A stretch of DNA of 64,000 nucleotides, taken from NCBI GenBank assembly GCA_003153935.1, contig PMCA01000027.1, forward strand, positions 9,405 through 73,404, in the 5' to 3' direction. The position numbers and the translations under genes are program-made. Positions 28,901 to 37,549 of the stretch are shown here, piece by piece (positions within the stretch are counted from its first letter, which is position 1; every line of letters starts with the position of its first letter). The notes beneath the pieces were generated by a model. The model did not search any database. It worked only from the letters and a program-made list of their open reading frames with translations, and was not told where the DNA came from. This DNA comes from Elusimicrobiota bacterium (GTDB lineage Bacteria; CAYTYR01; UBA6262).

Positions 28901-29874
28901 GGTTTGTCGGCGATATCATCCCAGAACTCATAATCATCGGTAGTTACCCCATGGTACTGGTGCGTATAGCCGTGCAGGATGAACGTACCGCCCATCTGCG
29001 GTATCTTGCGCAGGACCGCCAGCAATTCCGGCATTTCCTCCAGGTGATATTCGAGCTTATTGACAGGATCGATAAAAACCGGGGTCAACCCCACGGCAAA
29101 AGGAATATTCTCCCCTTTCAGGTATTTAACGATCCTCCATAAAGAATCGGGGTCAGTGGTGGGATTAACGTCCTCGATCCTGACCAGAGCGGTATGTTTT
29201 ACCGGGTGGTCTTCACCGAGGATATCGTGCAGAACATCGGCAAAAGCGATATAGCGGTCGTTTTCGGAATAATACGAGAACGGCGAATCAGCGATAAACC
29301 AGAGGTTCCGGGTTTTAAGTATATAGGGCGCGCTGAGTCCCCGGTCGTTATGCACGCTGGCGACCACGGTAACGAGTCCCGGATCGTCTATCCGCACAAT
29401 ATTGATATTGTCGTCCCCTTTGGGGAACTCGGTTCCTTTATAGATAACCCGGTTGAAGCCCAGGTCTTCCCGGTACTGCTCGAAATGGAAACCGAACCGG
29501 CCGGCGAGTTGTTTCTGGTCCAGTTGGCCCAGCTGGTTATTCATCCAGCAGAAAGTTTTCTGGGTATTAAAAAAGTCCTGTACGAAACTTTCCGGTAAGG
29601 AATATTTTTTTTCATAGTTTATATAAAAAATAACGTCATTCTTATCCATGGTCCCCGGCTTATAGTAGGCCAGGTTCATCAAACGGCAAGAGACTTGAAA
29701 ATGCCCCATTAAATTTGCCAGGTACCGGGCGTCGGTTAAAGCCGGCTCGGATTTATCCACCCCTTGATCATAGAGTATCAGGACCTTGCGGCTGGACGCC
29801 GCCTGTAGCATCCCCCCGCGTAAAAAAACAAATAATAACACTATAATTATTCTGCTAAATCTTTTTCTCATCAT
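25933..29874 (-). CDS. Large secreted/anchored DUF2334 polysaccharide deacetylase (YdaL-like) fused to additional probable glycoside-hydrolase-like domains
   Basis: Signal peptide from ATG 29874 (SD GGAGAGG); LVRIEDV, LHGYTHQ, WETPHY, PENLGY, SFFFHP; later YDWDGVNLSELYF; C-terminal TM helix. Confidence 0.8.
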   Translation of the reverse strand: MMRKRFSRIIIVLLFVFLRGGMLQAASSRKVLILYDQGVDKSEPALTDARYLANLMGHFQVSCRLMNLAYYKPGTMDKNDVIFYINYEKKYSLPESFVQDFFNTQKTFCWMNNQLGQLDQKQLAGRFGFHFEQYREDLGFNRVIYKGTEFPKGDDNINIVRIDDPGLVTVVASVHNDRGLSAPYILKTRNLWFIADSPFSYYSENDRYIAFADVLHDILGEDHPVKHTALVRIEDVNPTTDPDSLWRIVKYLKGENIPFAVGLTPVFIDPVNKLEYHLEEMPELLAVLRKIPQMGGTFILHGYTHQYHGVTTDDYEFWDDIADKPVRGDSYDNAALRIEKGLRECFSNDIYPLVWETPHYFASDNAYHAIKKYFSLVYERRRVRNFLGTDQFFPYRVTDIFGQETIPENLGYVHLDKPDAQEIIDAARLNLSVRDGFASFFFHPIIDISYLRQIVKGVRKLGYVFGDIKEFSPEVRAKDKAIVSQTTDVSVLSNDKYLAIKTFNLQGQEVSQQILVNTAGQQNTVPVKCGPGEYVVVKPQENLEPGFWKKMWHLAKTDLSYLRRISAKKSGGKLNEVMDVAFIDPPVPPVSREENNDLKSLKFSLSVAGIKFQDLNSKDILNLDLRDYDLIILPYAAAKNLKAEEIKHLLEAISSGADLVTDGATKVGDALGIELQEESILVKQIRDNQFPDLPLYWSKTAGVKPIYKSADKDYQIISAEESSNLPVAVGGRLGKGGFLYYATYFDPDSDRGYSRFPFLAETLTSVFNYPLLAERKAAEMYFDPGMRQFISIEKLAVLWRKYGVQKIYAGGWHFYSKYSYDYARLLKVCHQNGILVYCWLEPPMVNQRFWDQHPEWREKTAKLKDGKVSWRNLMNLADEHCRQKAFSEISALLTRYDWDGVNLSELYFESAGGPAYPENFTPMNETVRKEFTGIYGFDPLQIFDPQSAHYWQNHPEDWGKLARYRRDLSFRLKTYYLDMLSGIQQKKKDFEIVMTAIDTSQAPQLEDYLGESTDNLISLQKKYDLTLQVEDSLPFWSGKPDRYLTLGNYYRKFIKADDQLALDCNILDNHKKGEGGLPAEKPTGEEIRQIAYNMDLTKSRPVFYSEATIYENDYRNISSVLARDVNIKAESDTQWKINTPYMVTIRSGRQGLITKLDDDNWFAGEGEEVVVPAGEHTLKFEAEPRYFDMASMKPRLSYISGELKWANFSNNAIEFSYSAERSACYAIINKIPARIYVDDNRANCQIYEGDTGYSVRLPRGTHVVKIVVAGGLARLVETSGVVLFSLIFIFGFFTSVTFIALFLAIQIKRKWWP

Positions 29875-29875
29875 T

Positions 29876-31846
29876 CTACGAAACCTCTCCGGGGTTTTCG
29901 GGATTCTGGTCATCTTCAGCAGCGATGATCCCGTCGGCGCATAGGATCGTTTTACGGTCTTTGCGTGAAGCTGCCAGGTAGATATACCATTTATAGACCA
30001 TGTCCAGCAGTACCACAATTGCCAGGATGGCCATCAAATACACCAGGACTATATCTATCCGGTAAGAAAGTATCTCAGCCGGAACCGTTGCCGTAGTGAG
30101 TTTGGCTTTGAACATGTCGATCAACTGCCAGGAAGCGGTGAAAGTGGTAACGAACATAAATAACATCGGGATGAAAGTCGTCCAGGCGTACTGGACCTTG
30201 TTCTGCTTGATTATGACCGTAGTTCCCACTCCCAGGGCAATGGCCGCTAATAACTGGTTGGAAACGCCGAACATCGGCCAGATGGTCGAGATATTTCCGG
30301 AATTAATGAGATAGCCCCAAGCCCCCACTACCAAAAAACTCATTAGGAGTGTGCCCGGTAACCACGATGGCCGGGCCAGCGGTTTATAGACATACCCGCC
30401 GAATTCCTGCAACAGGAAACGCGCCACCCGGGTGCCGGCATCCACCGTCGTCAGGATAAACAACGCTTCGAACATCAGGGCGAAATTATACCAGTATGGC
30501 ATCAACCCTTTCATGCCCGGCAGATTGCCCAGGATGGAAGCCATGCCCACCGCCAGTGAGACCGCGCCGCCGGGACGGCCCGCCACATCCACTCCGACCA
30601 TGGCGGATAATTCATGTATTCTATGCACCGGGAAACCCATTATGGCTAACTGGTCGAAAGTTAATTTGGTGTTGATGGCGAAATAATCGCCGGGTATCAG
30701 GATCGTCGCGGCGATCAGGGCAATGATCCCCACGAATCCCTCCGTCAGCATCGCGCCAAAACCGATCAGCTTTATATCCCCCTCGGAAGAGATCATTTTC
30801 GGGGTGGTGCCACTGGAGATCAACGAATGGAAACCGGAGATCGCGCCGCAAGCGATGGTTATGAACATGAACGGGAATAGTTTACCGGGTATGATCGGAC
30901 CGCCGCCGTTCACGAACTGGGTGACGGGCGGCATTTTTAAGTTAGGCGCGATGACGATCACGCCCAGGGCAAGCAACATCACTGTGCCTATTTTCATGTA
31001 AGTTGAGAGATAGTCACGCGGACAGAGCAGCAACCAGACCGGCAGTACCGAAGCGATAAAGCCGTAGATGGCCATGGCCAGAACGAGGCCGCCGCGGGAA
31101 AGATTGAAGAACGGTTCCAGCGCCGAGCCGGGAATGAAATGTCCACCAATCACTCCCGCCAGGAGCAGCAGCACACCGATAATGGACATCTCCACTACTT
31201 TGCCGGGGCGGATCTTATAAAGATAAAATCCCATAAGCAGCGCGATCGGTATGGAAACAGCGATGGTAAAGGTACCCCAGGGGCTATGCGTGAGCGCATT
31301 AACTACCGCCAGTCCCAAACCGGCCAGAGCCACAATGATGATGAACAGGATGGCGATTGATGCCGCCACTCCGCCTACCGGGCCGATCGCTTCCTTGGCG
31401 ATCTGGGCGAGCGAACGGCCGTTGCGCCTGACCGATGCGGCCAATATGACCACATCATGCACAGAGCCCGCCAGGGCGGCGCCGATCAGGATCCAGAGAA
31501 ACCCGGGCAGGTAGCCGAACTGCGCCGCCAGCATCGGGCCGATCAGGGGGCCGGCGCCGGCGATCGCCGCGAAATGATGTCCGAACAGTACCCAGCGGTT
31601 GGTCGGGTCATAATCACGGCCGTCTTTAAGACGGTGCGCCGGAGTCACGCGGCGGGCATCCAGGCTCAGTACCTTGGCGGCTATGAACGCGCCGTAGAAA
31701 CGGTAAGTGATGACGTAAACGCAGGCGGCGGCAACGACTACCCATAAAGCATTGACCTGCTCACCAGGATTAACTATGCCGGTAACGATGGCTATGGCCC
31801 AGGCAGCTATTAAAGATATACCAAACCAGATTATTTTCTTGGTCAT
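29876..31846 (-). CDS. cstA: Carbon starvation CstA family transporter (peptide/pyruvate)
   Basis: LFGHHFAAIAGAGPLIGP, PRDYLST, IACGAISGFHSL, IWPMFGVSNQLLA. Confidence 0.95.
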   Translation of the reverse strand: MTKKIIWFGISLIAAWAIAIVTGIVNPGEQVNALWVVVAAACVYVITYRFYGAFIAAKVLSLDARRVTPAHRLKDGRDYDPTNRWVLFGHHFAAIAGAGPLIGPMLAAQFGYLPGFLWILIGAALAGSVHDVVILAASVRRNGRSLAQIAKEAIGPVGGVAASIAILFIIIVALAGLGLAVVNALTHSPWGTFTIAVSIPIALLMGFYLYKIRPGKVVEMSIIGVLLLLAGVIGGHFIPGSALEPFFNLSRGGLVLAMAIYGFIASVLPVWLLLCPRDYLSTYMKIGTVMLLALGVIVIAPNLKMPPVTQFVNGGGPIIPGKLFPFMFITIACGAISGFHSLISSGTTPKMISSEGDIKLIGFGAMLTEGFVGIIALIAATILIPGDYFAINTKLTFDQLAIMGFPVHRIHELSAMVGVDVAGRPGGAVSLAVGMASILGNLPGMKGLMPYWYNFALMFEALFILTTVDAGTRVARFLLQEFGGYVYKPLARPSWLPGTLLMSFLVVGAWGYLINSGNISTIWPMFGVSNQLLAAIALGVGTTVIIKQNKVQYAWTTFIPMLFMFVTTFTASWQLIDMFKAKLTTATVPAEILSYRIDIVLVYLMAILAIVVLLDMVYKWYIYLAASRKDRKTILCADGIIAAEDDQNPENPGEVS

Positions 31847-32889
31847 TTTATATTCAATCTCTTTTTAACTGCGTTAAATACGTCGCTGACGGTGATCAGT
31901 TTCATGCAGGCGAAATTATTTTTGCTACAGCGGTTCCCCCCATGTTTGCCGCACGGCCGGCACGGCAAGTCCTTCTCCACCACTATGTCCTGCTCTCCGT
32001 ACGGATAGAATCCCAGGTCAGCAGTGGTCGGCCCAAAAATAGCTACTACCGGCACCTGCTGGGCTACCGCTATATGCATGGCCCCGCTGTCGTTGGTTAT
32101 CAGTAAATTCAGCCTTTTGGTCAAGGCGGTCAATTGTTTTAAGGTGGTCTGGCCCGCCAGGTTTATAACACTTTCATTCATGCCGGCGGTCACTCTGGCA
32201 GCGGCTTCCTTATCAGCAGCGCCGCCGATAATAATGATCTTGGCGTTCAATTCTTTGATCAGGCGGTCGGCTACGGCCGCGAATTTTTCCGCCGGATAAC
32301 GTTTGGTCGGCCAGACGCTGCCGGGATTCAACCCGATGACCAGGTCCGTGGCGTAAATCTGGAATTTTCCCAGCATGCCCAGGGTGTAATTAATAGCCGG
32401 CCGGCCGGGATTCAGGTAAAATTCCACCTGGCGGTCTTGGATACCCAACGGAGACAGCAGGTCCAGGTTCCGGTCTATTTCATGTATATGAGGACCGCGA
32501 CGGTAAGATACTTTCCTGGTCAGCAGCACATTACCCTCGCTTTTATTAAAACCGATGCGCACCGGTATCTGGGCCAGAAAGGCCAGCAAAGAACTTTTGA
32601 ACGAGCGGTGCGGCAGGATAGCGACGTCGAAGTGGCGCGCCTTTACTTTCCGTACCAAATGTCCAAGGGCGCCCCAGGACCGCTCTTTATCTTTTTTGTC
32701 GAAAATTATTATCTCATCGATGGCCGGGTTATCCGACAATATTTCTTTCACCTGGGGAGTCACTAATACGGCCAGATGGCTTTTAGGCAAGGTCCGCCGC
32801 AACGCCATGATCAACGGAATGGTTAACACTACGTCACCCAGGAATGCGGTCTGAATAATTAAAATTCGATCGTTTTTTAGGTTTTTCAT
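31843..32889 (-). CDS. waaF: LPS heptosyltransferase (GT9), WaaF-like
   Basis: QTAFLGDVVL, NPGSVWPTKRY, TNDSGAMHIA, CRPCGKHG. Confidence 0.8.
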   Translation of the reverse strand: MKNLKNDRILIIQTAFLGDVVLTIPLIMALRRTLPKSHLAVLVTPQVKEILSDNPAIDEIIIFDKKDKERSWGALGHLVRKVKARHFDVAILPHRSFKSSLLAFLAQIPVRIGFNKSEGNVLLTRKVSYRRGPHIHEIDRNLDLLSPLGIQDRQVEFYLNPGRPAINYTLGMLGKFQIYATDLVIGLNPGSVWPTKRYPAEKFAAVADRLIKELNAKIIIIGGAADKEAAARVTAGMNESVINLAGQTTLKQLTALTKRLNLLITNDSGAMHIAVAQQVPVVAIFGPTTADLGFYPYGEQDIVVEKDLPCRPCGKHGGNRCSKNNFACMKLITVSDVFNAVKKRLNIK

Positions 32890-33929
32890 CAGATCCTGAT
32901 TCCCAATTCCGTCAGTTGTTTATATATTACGTTAAAAACCATTTCCGGTTTTATGCTGGCCAGGCAGAGCTGGTCACCGCGTTTGCAGTGATCATCGCCA
33001 TGCAGGCTGCACGGCCGGCAGGGCAAATTATAGTCTAGGACCCTATCTCTTTCCCGGGCCAGGATGAACCCAAACTCCGGTACCGTTGGGCCAATGAGTA
33101 CCAGCACCGGAACATCCAGGGCTTGGGCGATATGCATCGTACCTGAATCACTGGTGATCAGCAACCGGCATTTAGCGACCAGGGCGAATAACTGGCGTAA
33201 AGTTGTCACCCCGGCCAGATTAACCGGTAGCACACCGTATTCGGCAACTGCATTGACGATATTCTTCGTAAATGACTGGTCCTTTTTATCTCCGAAAATA
33301 AGTAATCGAGCGTTACGCTCCCGGAACATTTTTAAGAATTCAAGCCAATTACTGAAGGGCCAGATCTTAGTTTGCCATTTGGCTCCCGGATTTATGCCTA
33401 TCAAGTGATCTTCATCTAAATAGCCTTTAGTTTTGAGCAATTCTTCCGCCCACTGAACTTCTTCCGGTTTCAGGTAAAGCCTGGGTTGCCGGTCAAATTC
33501 CGCTGGGCTGAACCGCGACAATGGTTCCAGGTACCTTTCAATGACCGTGCGATTCAGCGGCGCAGTTCGTTTCTTGAAATAAACCAAACGATACCGGGCC
33601 AGGGAATCTTTCTTATACCGGAGAACCTGTATACCTAACAACCAGCTCAAAATATGGCTGCGCAGATTCCCGTGTAAGTCCAGGCACAGGTCGTATTTTT
33701 TTTCGCGTAAACGCCGGGCCAGGAAGAACAGGCTTTCCCCCTCCCCCAGTGAAACTATTTCATCCACCTGCGGATTATTATAAAATACGTCGATATATTG
33801 GCTCTTGGTCAAGACCGTTAGCCTGGCTTCCGGCCACAGCTTCTTTAACGCAGTGAACACGGGGGTAGTCAGGATAACGTCACCCAGCGAACTTAGGCGT
33901 ATTACCAGGATATTACGCGGTTTTATCAT
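32889..33929 (-). CDS. Glycosyltransferase family 9 (heptosyltransferase)
   Basis: RLSSLGDVIL, NPGAKWQTKIW, SDSGTMHIA, CRPCSLHG. Confidence 0.9.
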   Translation of the reverse strand: MIKPRNILVIRLSSLGDVILTTPVFTALKKLWPEARLTVLTKSQYIDVFYNNPQVDEIVSLGEGESLFFLARRLREKKYDLCLDLHGNLRSHILSWLLGIQVLRYKKDSLARYRLVYFKKRTAPLNRTVIERYLEPLSRFSPAEFDRQPRLYLKPEEVQWAEELLKTKGYLDEDHLIGINPGAKWQTKIWPFSNWLEFLKMFRERNARLLIFGDKKDQSFTKNIVNAVAEYGVLPVNLAGVTTLRQLFALVAKCRLLITSDSGTMHIAQALDVPVLVLIGPTVPEFGFILARERDRVLDYNLPCRPCSLHGDDHCKRGDQLCLASIKPEMVFNVIYKQLTELGIRI

Positions 33930-35187
33930 GGCTAAGCAATCCTTCCAGGGCCTGCATATTTTTTAGCAGCGCGCCCTGTTTTTTTCTTAAACCGGCTCTG
34001 GCGTTTTCTCCCAGCTGGCTGGCACGGACGGGATCGCGCAATAGAGAACCCAGTTGTTTTTCCAGGTCAGCGGCATCGTCAACCTGCAGGGCTGCTTTCT
34101 CAGATAGAAGAAAACTGGCGGTCTCCTTAAAATTGCTCATATAGGGCCCGAATAGCACCGGCTTGGATAAAGCCGCTGGTTCGATAATATTCTGCCCGCC
34201 GAAATTAACCAGGCTACCGCCCACAAAAACCACCGTAGAGACGCTGTAGGCCTGGGTTAGCTCGCCCATCTTATCCAGCAACAGGCAATCAAAACCCTTG
34301 GGAGAGTCCGGCAGCGTGGTTTTACGAACATATTTAATCTTATTAGCGGTTAACAATTTTTCTATTTCCGTCAGCCGTTCCAGGTGCCGAGGCGCCAGTA
34401 TCAGCTTCAAGCCGGGGAATTCTTTCTTTAAGTTGCAGAATGCCTGGATCAAAATCTCCTCTTCTCCGTACCTGGTACTGCCGGCGGTCCAGACCAGATC
34501 GGTCTCTTCCAGCCCGAACTCCCGGTAATTGCCGCAGGGTACCGGGCTATTTACTGTGCTCAGGTCGTATTTCAAGGAAGAACAGACCTGGATCCGGTCC
34601 GGGGGGACTCCCAATTCGGCAAAACGCTCGCGATCGGTCTCATCCTGCACGCAGGCGACGTTAATGTTAGTTAATACCGACCGGAACAGATTCCTGAATT
34701 TACGGTATTTGGGGAAATTACGGTCGGATAGACGGCCGTTGATGATCGCCAGCTTGACTCCCTGCTGTGCCGCGGTAGCTATCAGATTTGGCCATAACTC
34801 AGTTTCCACCAAAGCCAATACTTGTGGGCGCAGGGACTTTATAAACCTGTTCACCACGCCGGGCGCGTCGAGGGGCGCCAGGAGCACCGTAGCCTGGCCG
34901 GCCAGCTCCCGGTTGGCTGTGGCTAAACCGGTAGCGGTGATAACGGATAAAACAAATTCCTGCTCCGGCTTTTTCTGTTTAAACGCCTTGACCAACCCTG
35001 CAGCGATCCTAACTTCGCCGACGCTGGCGGCATGCATCCAGATAACCGGTAATTTGGACACCGGCAGGTTAAAACCCAGGCGCTGGCTGAATCCGACGCG
35101 CCATTTAGCGGAGAAAATTATCTTAAACAGCCAGTAAGGAGAGAGCAATACCAGCAATATGACCAGTAACAGATTATAAAGCGCCAT
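33913..35187 (-). CDS. waaA: Kdo transferase
   Basis: IWMHAASVGE, ETELWPN, INGRLS, APRHLER, FVGGSL..GGQNIIEPA. Confidence 0.95.
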   Translation of the reverse strand: MALYNLLLVILLVLLSPYWLFKIIFSAKWRVGFSQRLGFNLPVSKLPVIWMHAASVGEVRIAAGLVKAFKQKKPEQEFVLSVITATGLATANRELAGQATVLLAPLDAPGVVNRFIKSLRPQVLALVETELWPNLIATAAQQGVKLAIINGRLSDRNFPKYRKFRNLFRSVLTNINVACVQDETDRERFAELGVPPDRIQVCSSLKYDLSTVNSPVPCGNYREFGLEETDLVWTAGSTRYGEEEILIQAFCNLKKEFPGLKLILAPRHLERLTEIEKLLTANKIKYVRKTTLPDSPKGFDCLLLDKMGELTQAYSVSTVVFVGGSLVNFGGQNIIEPAALSKPVLFGPYMSNFKETASFLLSEKAALQVDDAADLEKQLGSLLRDPVRASQLGENARAGLRKKQGALLKNMQALEGLLSHDKTA

Positions 35188-35819
35188 CAACTTGACTCCA
35201 GCAATTTATCGGTTTCATCGGTAAGTATATTCAGGGCTTGTTCCAGTTCTTTCTTTTTGGCGGCGAGATCATCACCCTTACCGACGTACACAGGATTGCC
35301 GTTGGCGACGATGATATAGTTAAAAGGGAAAGGCACGACGAACTGGTCCCAGTTCTTTAGGATCTTTTTTCTTTTGGCGCTGAAAGTGAGCGGCACGATG
35401 GGAAGACCAGTTTTCTGGGCCACGTATAGTACGCCGGGTTGTACCTCTCGGTACGGGCCCTGGGGACCGTCCGGGGTAAAAGCCAAAACGTCTCCTTTTT
35501 CCACCTGGTGGATCAATTCCACCAGCGCCCGCATACCGCCCCGTGACGTGGATCCGCGCACTGACTTAAAACCGAACAGGCGGGTAATATTGGTGATAAG
35601 TTGCCCGTCCTGGCTTTGGCTTATTAAAATATTGATCTGACGATAACGATGGGAGTAAACGAGGAAGAGCTGGCGGCCGTGCCAAAAAGCGTAAATGAAG
35701 TTCTTTTTCTCTTTTTTTAGATTTTCGATAATGCCGTTATTAATAACCTTAATACGGCTGGTAAAGCCGATCAGCCAGATGAAAATATATCCGACAATGG
35801 AGACCAGCCAATTCGACAT
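35187..35819 (-). CDS. DUF374 lysophospholipid-acyltransferase family protein (LpxJ-like late lipid A acyltransferase)
   Basis: FWHGR, ISQSQDG, VRGSTSRGG, FTPDGPQGP; between msbA and waaA. Confidence 0.82.
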   Translation of the reverse strand: MSNWLVSIVGYIFIWLIGFTSRIKVINNGIIENLKKEKKNFIYAFWHGRQLFLVYSHRYRQINILISQSQDGQLITNITRLFGFKSVRGSTSRGGMRALVELIHQVEKGDVLAFTPDGPQGPYREVQPGVLYVAQKTGLPIVPLTFSAKRKKILKNWDQFVVPFPFNYIIVANGNPVYVGKGDDLAAKKKELEQALNILTDETDKLLESS

Positions 35820-35821
35820 GG

Positions 35822-37549
35822 TTATTCCCTGAACTGGATTTCGTGCAATTTTTTATAAAGCCCGCAACGGCCCAGTAACTCCTGGTGTTTGCCGATATCG
35901 ATGATCCGGCCTTTTTCCAGTACTACTATCTTGTCGGCCTTGCGCACGGTGGAAAGCCGGTGGGCGATAATAAAGGTCGTGCGCCTGATCATCAGCATAT
36001 CCAGCGCTTCCTGCACCAGGTGCTCGCTTTCACTGTCCAGTGCGCTGGTAGCTTCGTCCAGGATCAGGATACGCGGATCACGGAGGATGGCGCGCGCCAT
36101 GGCCAGGCGTTGCCGTTCTCCGCCGCTGAGATTGACTCCGCGATCACGGATCAGGGTGTCATACCCTTTTTCCATCGCCTGGATAAAATTATGGGCGTTA
36201 GCCGCCTTAGCCGCCTTAATGATCTCTTCTTCTTTGGCTTGTGCGTTACCGTAGGCTATATTGTTGCGAACGGTATCGCTGAAAAGTATGGTTTCCTGGG
36301 TGACTATACCGATCTGGCCGCGCAGGGAAGACAGGGTAACTTCGCGTAATTCAAGCCCGTCGATGATAATACGCCCGCTGATCGGGTCGTAGAAACGCGG
36401 GATCAGGTTCACCATGGTGGTTTTGCCGCTGCCACTGGGTCCGACGATGGCAATTATCTCCCCGGCCTTTACCTTCAGGTTGATATCTACCAGTACCGGT
36501 TCGGTGTTATAGGAAAAATTCACCTTCTCAAAAGTTATTTCATTTTTGAACAGGGGTAATTCCTGAGCTCGTTCCGCTTGCACCACACTCGGCGGAGTAT
36601 CCAGTACTTTAAATATTCTTTCACTGGCGGCGACCGTCTGCTGCAAAACCGCGTTGGTCTGGGAGAAGCTTTTGATCGGGGTGTAGGAAGATAAGGCCGC
36701 GCCGACAAAGGAGAAAAAAGCGCCGGCGGTCCAAACCCCTTTGATCACTTCCAGCCCGCCGTACCAGACAATTATGGTCGAGCCTAGCACGCCGATAAAT
36801 TCCATCAACGGCGGAGAGAGCGCGATCACCCGCATGGAACGCATAATGATGCTGAAATAACTCTGGTTTTCTTTTTTGAACCGGTCTATTTCCTTGACCT
36901 GCGTGCAAAAAGCCTTGACGATCTTGATACCGGTGATAGTTTCCAGCAACAGCGAATAGATATCCGCCATTTTGGCCTGCGACTCAGTTGAAACCTTGCG
37001 TAATTTCTTGCCGAATCTTACTATCAAGAAAATAACGAACGGACTTACCCCTAAAGTGCAGAGAGCAAATTTCCAATTTAAATAAAACATCAGCCCGATC
37101 AAACCGAGAATGGTGAATCCGTCCTTGACCAGGCTGACCAGGCCGCCGGAGATCGCGTTCTGGATAATGCCGACATCATTGGTGATACGGGAAACGATAG
37201 AGCCGGTGCGCTTGTTCTCGAAGAAGTCCAGCGACAGCTTTTGGTAATGCTCATACAACTGGTTGCGCATATCCACTACCACCTTCTGCCCAATATAGGA
37301 CATCAGGTAGCCCTGGCCATAGGAGCAAATTCCTTTTAACAGAAATATCACCGGCAGAGCCAGCGAGATCCACAGCAGCATTTGCGTGTTTTTTTCGATA
37401 AAGATGCGGTCGATCACGTATTTCAGGATCCACATGGAGGATGTCGTGAATAGCGCTACCCCGATCATGAACAGCATGGCCCAGAACAGACGGCTGTAAT
37501 AAGGCCGCACGTAACCCCACAAACGCCGATAGATGTATTTATTTTCCAT
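35822..37549 (-). CDS. msbA: Lipid A export ABC transporter
   Basis: 6-TM N-terminus, GPSGSGKT, LSGGERQR, ILDEATSALD; inside the lpx cluster. Confidence 0.92.
   Translation of the reverse strand: MENKYIYRRLWGYVRPYYSRLFWAMLFMIGVALFTTSSMWILKYVIDRIFIEKNTQMLLWISLALPVIFLLKGICSYGQGYLMSYIGQKVVVDMRNQLYEHYQKLSLDFFENKRTGSIVSRITNDVGIIQNAISGGLVSLVKDGFTILGLIGLMFYLNWKFALCTLGVSPFVIFLIVRFGKKLRKVSTESQAKMADIYSLLLETITGIKIVKAFCTQVKEIDRFKKENQSYFSIIMRSMRVIALSPPLMEFIGVLGSTIIVWYGGLEVIKGVWTAGAFFSFVGAALSSYTPIKSFSQTNAVLQQTVAASERIFKVLDTPPSVVQAERAQELPLFKNEITFEKVNFSYNTEPVLVDINLKVKAGEIIAIVGPSGSGKTTMVNLIPRFYDPISGRIIIDGLELREVTLSSLRGQIGIVTQETILFSDTVRNNIAYGNAQAKEEEIIKAAKAANAHNFIQAMEKGYDTLIRDRGVNLSGGERQRLAMARAILRDPRILILDEATSALDSESEHLVQEALDMLMIRRTTFIIAHRLSTVRKADKIVVLEKGRIIDIGKHQELLGRCGLYKKLHEIQFRE

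Noticed and set aside
29875..30018. N-terminal extension of the 1361-aa ORF overlapping cstA
   Set aside because: The signal peptide and SD support ATG 29874; the extension is an ORF-caller artefact.
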